A DNA stretch of 64,000 nucleotides from Neoconidiobolus thromboides FSU 785 (GCA_025603075.1 MU626287.1:92361-156360), one strand, 5' to 3'; counted from the stretch's first letter, positions 13,045-25,786 are shown. Numbers and translations are program-made. The notes: generated by a model from the letters alone, not told the origin.

Positions 13045-13943
13045 ACTTCTTCTTCTTCTTTTAGTATTATCAAATTGCTATCTTGAATTCCTATATTAAT
13101 ATAAAATTCTATTGATTTATTTTTATCTCTTGTCTTTTAATATCATTTATTATTAAATATTGAAATTTACATTTCAAATAAAATCAATTATGATTTTAGC
13201 CTTAGAAGATAATATAAGGGTTGAATCATATCTCTCAATTATTATAAAAATAAGAAAGTAATATAGATACTTAATATTAAATATTGAATATCTAAGATAA
13301 ACTAGAATTTTAGGATAGTAATAAACTTATAGTTGATTAAAATTCAAGTGAACAAAGTGTACTAATAGATAATTAAAAGAGATCTATACTTTAAGTTGAA
13401 GATTATTTGAGAGATACTAGGTTATGGAATACATATAAATTAACTTAATACAAATCGTTAAACTATTTTTAATTTATTTCGGTTTTAAAATTAAATTAAA
13501 TTTAACACTTGCTAAAATTAGTTAAATTTAATAATTAAACTAAACTTTAATCAATATCATTTGATTTAACTAAAATATGGGTAATAAAATAAAAGTATAT
13601 ATAAAAATAATAATTTAAAAATAAAAAAATATAAACAAAAATTCAATACTAAACTAATATTAATAACCTAAATAATGACTAACATAATTTATAAATTTAC
13701 ATTAATTTTATTAATTTCCAGTTTTATTCTATCTTTTTTTCGTCCAAATAGTATTATAGATTATTATAATCAACAAGAAGAAAATAATAAAAATAACAAT
13801 CACAATCATAACAATCAAGTTTAATCCTCAAGCTCCTTTCTCTCCTGTCCTCTATCCTTTACTATAAGCAATAACTCATAAACTTACTAAACAGATCCTA
13901 AAAATAGATTGTTATTAATATCTTTTATTCATCTAGACTGTAT

Positions 13944-16483
13944 CTAGCTTACTAATACTTTATTATCTATCCAGTCTTTAAACGTTAAATCAAATCTATT
14001 AAAATCTTTACTTAATAAAATAAATTGTTTTAAACTCATTTTGTTCAATATTAATTGTGAATTAAATGGTGTAAATAATCCTAGATTATTTAAAAATAAT
14101 TCATGTTGGCTTAATTCCTTAACTAACCATGTTCGATCTTGCCATGTAACTGAATTGGTATTGTAAGCTTGATTACTGATATGTCGAATTAGAAATATTG
14201 TCATTGGTGTTGAATAGGAATAATAAATAGTTATTAATTTATTAAATTTATTATTATTATTATTATTATTATATTCTTTTTCAATTTGATTTAATTGAGT
14301 ATAAAATAGATTTAAATTCAATTGAATAGGTTGTGTTAAATAAGTTGTATTAAATTCAAAATCAATTTTTTGAATTTCAAATATAATAGTTAACTTAGAT
14401 ACTATTAATAAAGCTAATTTAATAAAACTAATTAAATGATATATCCCTTTTCTACCATTATGAATTTGATATAAGTCACGTAATTTATGTATTTTTATCC
14501 CATTTAATTCATCTAATATAAAATCAAATGCTGGATTATCAATATTTATATTATTAAATAAATTCTATTTATATATTAATAAATAATAAACATAAATATA
14601 ATAGTTATTACCCTTATAGTTAAGTTTCTTGGTATAACTTCAATATTGTAAATTGATAATTTCTTGATAAAATTTCGATTTAATATAAATTTTTCATTTA
14701 TAAAATAAATATATTTTTGTTTTTTATCAATTTCATAATTATGAACATCAATTTGAATCTCTTTTTCAGTATTTTTTTGAATTAGTTCTAATGTAATTAT
14801 TTTTATTTATTTACTATTAACAAATAATAATACCTTCTTTTAATGAAATTGATTTATATTTTTTTATTTGTGTAATATAATTAAATACATCAATTTTTTC
14901 ATTATTTATTATTATTGTTTCATTTTTTCTTTTATATTGATTTAAAGTATTAAAGTTAGGTATTAAAAGTGGTGATTCATTTTCAAATATGTTTTTGTTA
15001 GGTTGATCCATTTTTCTTATAATATTTCGAAATTTTATTCTCTTCTTTTTATTAATAAATGGATCTTTTACTTTATCATTAATTGCTTGATATTGTTGAT
15101 CTTTATTTGAAATTGAATTTATAAATAATCTTTCACATTCTTTTATTAACTCTTTACTATTATTAATAAAATGATTTTGATTTTGATATGGATTGTCAAT
15201 TATATAGTGAATGTAATTTGCTAAATAATGTATTAATATGATACAATATAAAAATTTAGCTTACTTTTTAAATCTAATAAATTTTTGTATTTAAGGTTAT
15301 TTAATGAATATTTTAATTGATCATTCATAAACTCCAAATAGCCACATTTAAGTACTTCTATATCATTGTTATTTGAATTTCCAAAATGACTATTAAAAGT
15401 ATCATCGTCAGTTGATATTTGTTTTCTTAAAGTATTGTTTATCAATAAATTTAACTGAGTTAATTCTATATTTATACTGTTAATATTTAATAGATATACA
15501 TGTTTTAACTTATACCGAGTTTAATATTATTTATATTCTTATTATCTTTTAAAAAGTAATTTTGTATATCTGTTTTAAAATCAATTTTATTCCTACTAAA
15601 ATATAAGTAAAGCATTAAAATGAACATGTAAAACCTTAAATCAAGTTTCGGTTCTACCATATATTTGCTTGTATCATTAACTTCATTATTATTATCTGCT
15701 TCAAACATTGAACCTAAACTTTGTAATGCTTTATATTGATTCACTAAACTACCGTTTAAAGCTAATTTCAATTTTATAGGAAGTTCAAGTTCTACATTGA
15801 TTTCCAATTCTAAATCAAAAGTAAGGATTGAAATATCAAAACTTAATTATATACCCTTTAAATAAAGTTTTCTTTCTAATAATCTTCTTAAATAGATTCT
15901 AATATCATGATTCAGATTAAATCTAATAAAAGTTAATAAATGTTATAGTACTTCTATTGTTACTTTGGATTTGGATTATTTTTTATACAAATTATTTCAC
16001 TTTCTATTTCTATTACATCTTTTTTCTTTAAAATAAGGATATCATTGACTTTGTCATCAAATAGTTTTGGTGGACTATATATTAATTCATCCAATTTAAC
16101 AGGGACTAAATAAAAAGGTTGTTCTTATCTAATTAAAAGATTGTTTAAATTTGTTACATCCTTACCATAATAAACCTGATTTAATATCTTTTTAAACTCA
16201 TGAACTTGCTTACATCTTATTCTTGAACCATTTTGATTAAATATTGAATGCTTTAGTTTTAATTCTAATTGATCAAACTCTGTATATTCTTTAATCTTAT
16301 TCATTGATAGATCCCCAAACTTTAATACTATTTTATTACATAACGCCAATTCATAGCCTAATTATTAGTATATTGAATTTAATATAATAAATATTTACTA
16401 GTTGACATTAAGTTCAACCCTTGTATACACCTCCTCAATTCCAAATCTTGAATATTGTTATATCTATTATCATCCACCATCAT
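13944..16483 (-). CDS. Multi-exon hypothetical protein (7 or more exons), unidentified
   Basis: The first five exons splice in frame by eye with GT-AG introns (MMVDDNRYNNIQDLELRRCIQGLNLMST|SYELALCNK...|VPVKLDELIYSPPK...|KFNLNHDIRIYLRRLLERKLYLK|ELEINVELELP...). Four more same-strand ORF pieces follow, ending ...WQDRTWLVKELSQHEL...KVLVS*. Confidence 0.7.
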
Positions 16484-16614
16484 TAATACAATTTTCCAAT
16501 TTATAAAAAAGAAATAAACAATTTAATAATTTCAAATTCCAAAAAAGACAATCAAATCATAATCAAAAGTTCAAATTTAAAATGCATTTTTTAGTCCAAT
16601 TAACAAATAAAGTA

Positions 16615-17204
16615 ATGTCTTTAACTGTTGTATTATATAACACAATAAGTTTAATAGCAGTGGCCTGTTGTTGGGGTTTAACCAATCCATTTATAAAGTT
16701 AGGCAGTAAAGGGTTGGAAGATATAAAAGCTCATCGAAAAGAATGGTATTATCAAACATATGAAGAACTAAAATTTTTGTTTACAAACTGGAAAGTAAGA
16801 TAAAATAAAAATTTAATTTCAATTGATATTAATGACATTAATTATTATTTTAGTATGTCTTACCGTTATTAATCAATCTTTCTGGTTCTGCTGTTTATTA
16901 TTATACTTTAGGACAAGCTGGTAAGTTTCAAAAAAATTTAGAAATACTCTCATCACTCTGTTAATGGTAATATTCTATTTCAATTATTAGATTTATCTTT
17001 AGCAGTACCAATAACTAATTCTTTAACTTTAATATTTACTTTATTGGGTGGTAAATTATTAGGTGAAAACATTAATTTTAAAGGTAATTTTATTAGTTAT
17101 AATAGAAAGATTTAAATGACTATGTATTTTTCTTTAAAATAGATATTTGGTTCGGCATGTTATTAGTTATTGTTGGAGTTACTTTATGTGTTTTATCTAA
17201 ATGA
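16615..17204 (+). CDS. Small membrane protein, TMEM234/UPF0546 (EamA-like) family, 4 exons
   Basis: Exons 16615-16794, 16854-16920, 16991-17083 and 17143-17204 give ...CCWGLTNPFIKLGS...YVLPLLINLSGSAVYYYTLGQADLSLAVPITNSLTLIFTLLGG..., the family signature. Confidence 0.9.
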
Positions 17205-17654
17205 ATAATAAACCCTCCTTTTTTCTAATCGTTATTTGGTCAGTTTGATGATATTAAACTTTAGTTAGAGTAAATGTATATTGTTTTTATTGACATATTT
17301 TTGTTGTCTTTTACTAAAAACTAAATGAATATATATTTGATATCGTTTAATGCTAAAGTGATTATTATTTAACTATAATAGTTAAAGTTGTACATAAATT
17401 TCAAATATCTTATTATTTAAAATACATATAAGATATAAAAATAAAACTAAACATTGATTTAATAATGACCTAGCTCTATGAATAAGCCAATAATAATTTT
17501 ATTCGCATCCAAAAAAATAAGTTTCTATTTCCAAATCATAAGCCACTTCATTTTCGTTTATGCATACAAATTTCAATTTGGAATTTTAAAGTGACTACTT
17601 TTATAATAATAAAATATCTTTTTAATAAATTCCACTTTTTAATTCTTTTTTAAA

Positions 17655-18835
17655 ATGGATCCTATCTTAGAGCCAATAACCGATCAATTGGAGAATAAAA
17701 CATTAGGAGAAGGGATGGAAGAGCCAGTAGAAGAAATTGAAGCTGAAAAAAATCCAACCTCTTTTTTTGACGGTAATTTGATTAATTGAAAATTCATTTT
17801 ATTTTTAATCTTCAAAAACTAGAAAATAGACTATTAGAGCCAACTTGTTCAAACACAACAACGTCAATCTCGAATCATAATCTAACGGAAGGAGATATAG
17901 CGACAGTTGAAGAAAAACGGAATAGTTCAAACACAATAACTTCGAAAGAATGTGGGATGATAATAGAAAAACAAAGTAGTTCGAATACCATAATTTCAGA
18001 AGCCACTTCAACTTCAACTAGAATTTCAGAGCCAAAATTAATTCGACGAAAGTCTTCCACTGTAACGAAAGAAACGGAATCCAAAAAACAAAAAATTGTT
18101 GAAGAGCCAAGTACCAATAGTGGATTTTCTTGTAATATATGGTAAGTTTTTAAAATTTTGATTGAATTTGGTTATTTTAATTTTTCTAAAATATATATAT
18201 ATAGTTTTGATACTGCTTCAAATCCAGTGTTGACTTTATGTGGTCATTTATATTGTTGGTCTTGTTTACATTTATGGTTAAGATCACAACCACAGAACCC
18301 ATTATGTCCAGTATGTAAAGCTGGTTGTGGTAAAGATAAAGTTATACCTGTTTATGGTAGAGGTTCCGACATGAAAGATCCTAGGTAAACTTAAAATTAA
18401 TCTTTATTTAAATGTAAAAATATTCAATAAAATAATTGTTTCGCAGATTAGAAGAATCTATACCAGAAAGACCAAAAGGTCAACGGCCTGAAGCAAATTC
18501 AGCAAGAAGGCCATTGATTTGGGAAAGCTATATTGAAACTGATGTTAGTTTTAGATACCCGGGTTTATTAAATATTGTTCAAGATCTATTTCCCAATTTG
18601 GAAGCTCGTAGGGTAAGTTTTGATTTTTAATTATTGAAATATTTTTTAATAATTTTAATTTTATAGAATTATAATGTAAGGTTGAATCAAGGTAGACGTA
18701 AGTCTTTATACTTTTAATTAATTGTAAGAAGCTAATAGGCCTTTTTTTCTAGGTGAAATGGAACAACAAGCTTTTTTATCAAGGCTATTTTTATTAATTG
18801 GGGCTCTTTTAGTAGCTTCCAGTTTTTTTGATTAA
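17655..18835 (+). CDS. RNF5/RNF185-like RING E3 ubiquitin ligase with C-terminal membrane anchor
   Basis: Spliced RING CNIC|[22 protein letters not shown]...CPVCKAG...VIPVYGRG, then [10 protein letters not shown] and a terminal [18 protein letters not shown] hydrophobic tail. Confidence 0.9.
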
Positions 18836-19091
18836 ATTTTGAGTTGAGTTTTTTGATGTAATTTTATTGTTTATATATATGATATTACAACTAAAGAGTA
18901 CAAAGTTTAAATGGTAGCTTTTTTATTTTAATCCTCTATGTTTTTATTAATTGTATTATTAACTTTATAGTTGAGCGTAATAAGATAACCTATAATGATA
19001 AAATAATAAAAGATAACTAATATTAAACGTCAACTTTATTTTAACTAAATTTTAAATTTTACACAAAAAGAATTCTAAATTCGATTCTATC

Positions 19092-19613
19092 TTAATGACA
19101 GTTTAAACATTTAGTATAACTATCCACAGCGTCATGACTGGAAATAAATCAGTACTTGTGTTAAAGTAAAAAGGATTATTATAAACTTACTAAGTAATAG
19201 AACAATGGTTGCAAATATTTAATTCACATTGACAGCACTCGGTTCTACAATTAAGACATAGTCCAGTTCCACATTGTTCACATAATACAAAATCAGATTG
19301 TTTATGAATCATGGCACAACTCCAACATTTTATACTGCTACTTTCTATTTTTAAAAAAGTCTTGTTAATATGATAAAAAAAGGCTCGCTATTAGTTACCT
19401 ACCTTGTTCATTATCGATTTCTTTTTGTTCTAAATAACTAAATCAACACCATTTTAATCAAATAAACAATAACATCCACTTACTAAGCATCCAAAATCCA
19501 TTAGGTAGTAGAGTAGGATCTAATTTGTTTTTTTGCTTCAATGTTAAATAAGATAAACTGGAACTTAACTCATGTAATCCAACATTATCTTCTATTATTT
19601 TACGTTTATTCAT
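19092..19613 (-). CDS. SIVA-like cysteine-rich zinc-finger protein (118 aa, 4 exons; not in the ORF track)
   Basis: Exons 19613-19484, 19429-19403, 19344-19191 and 19137-19092 join in frame with GT-AG introns. C-terminus: CWSC-x11-CEQC-x4-CLNC-x3-CCQC-x4-CNHC-x13-CLNC. Confidence 0.8.
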
Positions 19614-20975
19614 TACAGTTTAGTAAATATAATCAAAGCTTTACACTTTGAATTTAACTTACTAATTCGAAATTTCAACTTTCCATATTAAACCAAATTT
19701 TAAAAAGTTACCAAAAAACAGTTGAAATGCTTAGTTTCCCACAATTGGAAATCAACCAAAATCACATGGGCTGAATAAAAAGGTTGAAACATTTACTGTA
19801 TTTTCTTTATCCAATCAGTAGGAAATTCTTTACCTGTAAAGACATTTCTTTTACAAACAAATGATGCAAACGGCCGTTGATGAAGCTCCATGATTCATAT
19901 AAGCCAATGCAGGGGAGCTAACAACACCCACTGTGTTAACTTGCTGATAACCATAATAATAATAAAACTAGAAATTTAAAATACTTGAAGTCTATTTAAG
20001 ACAAGACTATGACTCGAATCTAAAGGATAGAGCAATGTTATGAGAATTCAAGACTTAGTTTGTAATATTACTATTTTAATGAATCAATTTGGATCATTAA
20101 AGACGTAAAATTAATTTTGTAAAAAGGGAATAAGTAAGACTTTAAATATTAATAAACTATAGTTATAAAAAGTGTATAAAAATAATAGAATTTATTCTAT
20201 TACTTACAGTATTTGAGTTTATTTAGAGAGTAGGTTACCTAGGTTATTAAACTTTCAAGTTTGTATTTAGTATGATTTAAATTTGTAGTAGTAAATAGTT
20301 TTTATTGTGAATAACTTCTTTTTCTCTATTTTTAGTTCTTAAATCAATAGACACTGTTTTATTTATAAATTAATATACTCATTATATATTATTATCTTTA
20401 CTTTTGATTATTATATTTTAATTAAATATCAGTGTTATATTAACTTTTTTATTACTCTGATTTTAGCTCTATTATTGATACTGCAGACTCTGTCCCCGTC
20501 AATATTTCAAAACTAGTAATCAAATTCGATTGGAAGTGGGAGAGAAGCAATGTAATTGGATAATCAATTAATCCTTTATTAATCAATGGGATTTAAGATC
20601 TATAAAAAGGGATAACGAAAAGGTAAGAAAGAGAAAAAAGGATGTAATGAACAGCTTAAGGTAAGCAATACTTAAATAAACTAAGAAGTAGAAATTCTAA
20701 CACATTGATATTACTAAAAGATTGTTATCTCTAAATCAAGCTGCAGATAGGGGGTTGATTTAAATACTAAAAACTCAATATTGAATCAAATTAATATTAA
20801 AGTTTAAAAAAATACATTTCAAATACGAATTTTAATGATTAACTACTAAATTAGGTTAATTTTTTATAATGAAAAAAGACATTAAATATAATATATAAGC
20901 ATCAAATATAGAATATATGAGTAGCAATACAAATGTTTATTTTGTAAATACAAAATATGCGAGTTTGGTATTAGC

Positions 20976-22394
20976 TTAGCTTCTAAGATAAACATTTATC
21001 ATTGTATTCTTTTTAATTTCTTTATGAGCCTTTTTATCATAAATTGGAGCAATCAACAACAATGGAGCTGTAGGCTTATATTGTGAAATACTAGGCCTTT
21101 GGGGAAAGTCATTTGATACATCAGAAAAAGAGTCAAGAGGAGATAAAAGCCTTAAAAATGGTTTTACAGCATTCATTAATGGTCCAGTCATATTTGATAA
21201 ACTAGAGAGTGATGTTTTAAGAAGTCCTCTTATTTGTCTATTTGTATTTTTAGGGAGAAAGGTGTAAATTTTAATTGATTCAAGATTTGGGAATAAAGAT
21301 AAGAAGGAAGCGAAATCTTGAAGAGTGTTATCAAACCTATTTACAACAATTTGTTTTATAAAATTGCACTTAATTGAATCATTGCTTATATCAATTGTAT
21401 CTAGAATTCCAGAATCAGGTTCACTAATATCCATCTTTTGAATATTAGGCAATAAATAAATGGCTTTTAACACATCTATTGATAATCTTTTAACAAATAT
21501 TTCCTTTAACGTTGATAATTTCAAAAAACTATTGTCAATTGGATATGTTGAACCAAGAAAGCCTAAGCAAGCGATATTGCCCTCTTCAATAAATTTGATG
21601 GTATTATAATTCTCATTGATTCCAAAATATTTTCCAGATTGATCAATGAATTTTACTCTTTTTAATTTTTGTAAGTTTCCCAGACAACTAATATCAAGCT
21701 CTTCAAATTCTCCCCTAATTTCTAGTTCTAAATTGGAATTAAAATTTATATTGGGATTGAATCTAGCAGGTGTAAATAGGGTTCCAGAAGTAGCTAAAAT
21801 TAATCTTTTTAGCCTATTGAATTTTGTTTTAAGTAGGTCTATACCATCAAGATTCAAATGGTGGTCTGAAAAGAATACAAATATCCTTAAATTGCTTAAA
21901 TTACGATGTTGAATTGTTGCATTGATAGATATATCATCACCTCCAATTATAAGAGTTTCAACCTGATCTAAGCAGTTATCAAAAAAAGTTGGCAACTTGG
22001 CCATCCTATAAGAACATATAAATAACCTTTTTAAGTTTGGGAACTTAATTGTTGTCTCATCGAAAATAGTCATATTTTCATTAGTAACAGCAAATGAAGC
22101 TGTATAATCCATGGATGTTACATTTTGACATTGATTTATATATTCAAGGTTCTTATTTCCTATATCTATATGTTTCATCAATAGTGGGTTCTCTTTAATA
22201 AATCGTTCTTGGTGATCTGAATATTTTTGAGATAAGCGGAAATCTGAAGACATTAACTTTTGCTTAATGACATAATTGACAACTTTATATATGTATTTAT
22301 TTAACAGTCGATAATTGAACAATTCATCTGGTTTTACTAATTTGAATATCGCTTCTAGCACAATATCTGGTAGTTGATCAAATTTGATGGCCAT
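20976..22394 (-). CDS. F-box plus leucine-rich-repeat-like protein, paralog A (intronless)
   Basis: N-terminal FDQLPDIVLEAIFKLV...LFNYRLLNK F-box-like motif and LxxL repeats (FPNLKRL, LGNLQKLKRV, LPNIQKM, FPNLESI). Confidence 0.8.
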   Translation of the reverse strand: MAIKFDQLPDIVLEAIFKLVKPDELFNYRLLNKYIYKVVNYVIKQKLMSSDFRLSQKYSDHQERFIKENPLLMKHIDIGNKNLEYINQCQNVTSMDYTASFAVTNENMTIFDETTIKFPNLKRLFICSYRMAKLPTFFDNCLDQVETLIIGGDDISINATIQHRNLSNLRIFVFFSDHHLNLDGIDLLKTKFNRLKRLILATSGTLFTPARFNPNINFNSNLELEIRGEFEELDISCLGNLQKLKRVKFIDQSGKYFGINENYNTIKFIEEGNIACLGFLGSTYPIDNSFLKLSTLKEIFVKRLSIDVLKAIYLLPNIQKMDISEPDSGILDTIDISNDSIKCNFIKQIVVNRFDNTLQDFASFLSLFPNLESIKIYTFLPKNTNRQIRGLLKTSLSSLSNMTGPLMNAVKPFLRLLSPLDSFSDVSNDFPQRPSISQYKPTAPLLLIAPIYDKKAHKEIKKNTMINVYLRS

Positions 22395-23231
22395 TTGAAT
22401 ATAGAATGGTTGAAAAAATTACTCTGCATTTAGTTTGAAATGAGTTCATCTTTTTAAGGGAGAAATTTAATGTCGTAGTCTATTGGTTGAAACAATTCAT
22501 GTTCGCTTTTGATTTTATTTCGATTCGACTTAAGTGAAGATTGGGATTTGTTCTTTGTATTTATTAAGTTTAATCATAATAGCTTTTTCTATTGTTCTAT
22601 TTACTAATACGAAATTATAATTCCCAATCTACATTTAAATTGAATCAATATCAGAGGAAATGAATCAGCTCTATTAGAACAGAATATTGGCAAATTTTTT
22701 GGAACAAAAGACCATAAAACAGGTTTACTAAAACAATAAAAAGAACTAAAATACAACAAGATTCAATAAATTCTAAGTATTATGACATAATATATGAATA
22801 GGTATAAACCAATATTCCATCGACTTTCATTATTCGAAACTTTTAATATTATTATCAAAAACCTAATGTACTTTTATTAATACAACGAACATATTGGCAA
22901 TGAAATGCTACGAATTACAAGTATTCTAGAGTTTATATGAAGCTTTGGCAAATAACTGTTACTCCAATAGTAAAAGTCCGCTGGATTTGAAAATTGATAT
23001 ATATAATCTAGCTAGATTTTGGAATAGATCTATAAATTTAAAGTTTAAATTCATAGTCAAACATCAAAGGTATCACCACCCAAAGCCATACATATTATCA
23101 ATATACTCCCCAATAAATGATATTCATAATACAAAATAGTTTTTACAAGCATAGTACTTCAAATTACTATAAAGCTAAACCATTATTTTATAATAATAAA
23201 TAACATTATAGCGAAATTTTAGATAGCATAT

Positions 23232-23329
23232 GGGGATATTTTTTTAGCTTCATTACTTTTTCTATCTTTTAGGTGTTATTTAAGTGGAAAGATTGTTAGT
23301 AAAATTGTTAAGCACAAAAATACATCCCC
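23232..23329 (-). mobile_element. MITE-like element copy 6
   Basis: GGGGATATT...TACATCCCC; flanked by ATAT/ATAT; lies between the two F-box paralogs. Confidence 0.9.
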
Positions 23330-23422
23330 ATATTGTATTTTTTTAAATGAATAGTAAATAAATCCAACTACAGCAAAATCATTTATTGGAGTTAATACAA
23401 CAGATGAGAGACAGCTATTGAT

Positions 23423-24847
23423 TCAATCTTTGAGATATATATCTATCATTGGGTTCTTTTTAATTTCATTATAAACCTTTGAATTAACAATCGGAGCAAT
23501 AAGTAGTAATGGGGCTTTAGGTTCATATAATAGAATATCGGACTCTTGCGAGAATATGTTTACTATATTATATAAACTACTTAAAAGAGTTAGGCGATTC
23601 AATAATGGCTTAATAGTGTTTACTATTGGTGCCATGATATTTGATAGATTATAAAGGGGCATTACTAAAATATCACTTATTGGATTGCCTATATATATAG
23701 GAAAAAAACTGTAAATTTTGATTACTTCGAGATTTGGGAATAAAGACAAAAAGCAAGCAAAATCCTCAAGGGTATCATCAAATCTACTCATGGTAATTTG
23801 TTTTATAAATTTACATTGGAATTCATCGTCTTCAAAATAAATTGTATCCATGACTCCTTGCTCAAACTCAGTAATGTCCATCTTTTCAATGTTTGGCAAT
23901 AAAGAAATTACCTGCAATATTTCCACTGAAAACTCTTTAATGAACACTTCCTTTAAGGTTAATAATTTCATAAAACTGTCATCAATTTGGTATTTTGAAC
24001 CAAGAAAGCCTAAGCTAACGATATTACTTCCCTCAATAAAGCTCATGTTGTTACTATTCTCGTTTATTTCAAAAATCTTGCCAGAATAATCAATTAATTT
24101 TATGCTCTTTAATTTTTTTAAGTTTCCTAAGCAACTAATATCAAATTCTTTGAATTCACCTCTAATTACTAACTCTAAATTGGAACTGAAATTTATATTG
24201 GGGTTAAATCTAACAGGATTAACAAAAACTCCAGAAGTTCCTAGATATAACTTCTTTAATTTACTAAATTTTGTTTTAACCATATCTAGTCCATCAAGGC
24301 GCAGTTCGTCTTTGGAATATATTACAAGTACTTTCAATTTCTTTAAAGTATGATATTTGATTATATTCTTGAGGATTATATTTTTTCCACCAATTATAAG
24401 CTCTTCTACCTGATCTAAATAGTTATCAAATATATCTGGTAATCTTGTACTTACAAAAGAAAATATTTTTAAAATTTTCAAGTTTGGAAAATTAGTACTT
24501 ATTTTAATACTATTATCAACACTACTGCTATCATTAATATCGCCAAGCGGGTTCTTGTATTCCATCGATACTACATTTGGGCAGCAGTTTAAATACTCAA
24601 TGTTGCTATTGTCTATTTCCATATGTTTTATTAATAGGGGATTCTCTTTGATAAATTTGATTTGATGATTTGAATACTTCCGAGATTTGAGGTATACTGA
24701 GTTTATTAATTTTTTCCTGATAACATATTTGATAATTTTATTGATATATTTATTTAAGAGCAGATAGTTAAATAGCTCATCCGGATTTGCAAATTTAAAT
24801 ATCGCTTCTAGTACAATATCTGGTAGTTGATCAAAGTTGATTGACAT
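23423..24847 (-). CDS. F-box plus leucine-rich-repeat-like protein, paralog B (intronless)
   Basis: Colinear full-length similarity to 20976-22394 (FDQLPDIVLEAIFK, RFNPNINF, DISCLGNL, FLSLFPNLE, APLLLIAPI). Confidence 0.8.
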   Translation of the reverse strand: MSINFDQLPDIVLEAIFKFANPDELFNYLLLNKYINKIIKYVIRKKLINSVYLKSRKYSNHQIKFIKENPLLIKHMEIDNSNIEYLNCCPNVVSMEYKNPLGDINDSSSVDNSIKISTNFPNLKILKIFSFVSTRLPDIFDNYLDQVEELIIGGKNIILKNIIKYHTLKKLKVLVIYSKDELRLDGLDMVKTKFSKLKKLYLGTSGVFVNPVRFNPNINFSSNLELVIRGEFKEFDISCLGNLKKLKSIKLIDYSGKIFEINENSNNMSFIEGSNIVSLGFLGSKYQIDDSFMKLLTLKEVFIKEFSVEILQVISLLPNIEKMDITEFEQGVMDTIYFEDDEFQCKFIKQITMSRFDDTLEDFACFLSLFPNLEVIKIYSFFPIYIGNPISDILVMPLYNLSNIMAPIVNTIKPLLNRLTLLSSLYNIVNIFSQESDILLYEPKAPLLLIAPIVNSKVYNEIKKNPMIDIYLKD

Positions 24848-25689
24848 TTGAAATGGAATAAGCGAAAAGGAAGTACAACTATTTATTATCTTAATTTTTT
24901 AATATATGCTTATATTCTTATGACCAAAACTTGATGAAGTTCTATTGGCCAAAGCAATACACATTCTCCCTTTGATTTCGAAAGGAACAAATCAAGTTTA
25001 TTAGGAACAAACAGTGGCAAGAAATTTGGAGTAAAAGTCTATAAATGCAAGTTTACTAAAATTATCAAAGGAGCTGAAATATAATAAAAAGTTCAGAAAT
25101 AATTTCGAGATATAATGCTATGGATATATGAACAGTTATAAATCAATATTCTATTGACTTGTTTTATTTAAAACTACTTTATTTGATTTTATAGCAACAT
25201 TGTTTTTATTTTTTAGTAAGTGTAGTAAATACTGTGGTTAAAAATTGTGTTATTATTTAATAAACATGGCTTTTATTTATTATACTATTCAGTATTAATC
25301 TTAGATAATATTAACTTATAACTGGAATTTTAAAAAAAATTAAAGGTGCTATTAAAGGCAATTTTGGTTTAAAATTGTTTCTATTTTATGATACAGGGTG
25401 GAGACACTTTTAATAAAAATCTGACAAATAGTTATTTTTAAAAAGATGTAAAATTTTATACAAAAATCCTAAATTAGTTAAACAACAATTTCATAATTTT
25501 AAAAAAAGATTCCAAAATCTCAAGTCTAATGACTATTGAATATGAGCAGATCATTATAGCCTTTAAAAAGTTTACTAGGATGTATCAAAAAAATTAATAC
25601 AACTATTGTTCAGATTATTCGATACTTTATTAAAAACAAACTGGCCATTTATACGTTGGCAGGATCTAATCTATTTCCAATGAGCATTT

Positions 25690-25786
25690 GGGGATGTATC
25701 TTTTTGAAAAAAACTCCTCTATCAACTATTCTACTCAAATAGCGCTTAAAAATGGAAAAAGTGATGAAATAAAAAAGAACATTCCC
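25690..25786 (+). mobile_element. MITE-like element copy 7
   Basis: GGGGATGT...ACATTCCC; flanked by ATTT/ATTT. Confidence 0.85.

Noticed and set aside
16030-16045. ATATCCTT on the minus strand as a U12 AT-AC donor
   Set aside because: It lies within an open exon (KVNDILILKK), with no matching U12 branch point or AC acceptor.
25390-25420. TACAGGGTGGAGACAC as a Tc1/mariner-like TIR (also TACAGGGATATCC at ~63155)
   Set aside because: No inverted partner found in the window.
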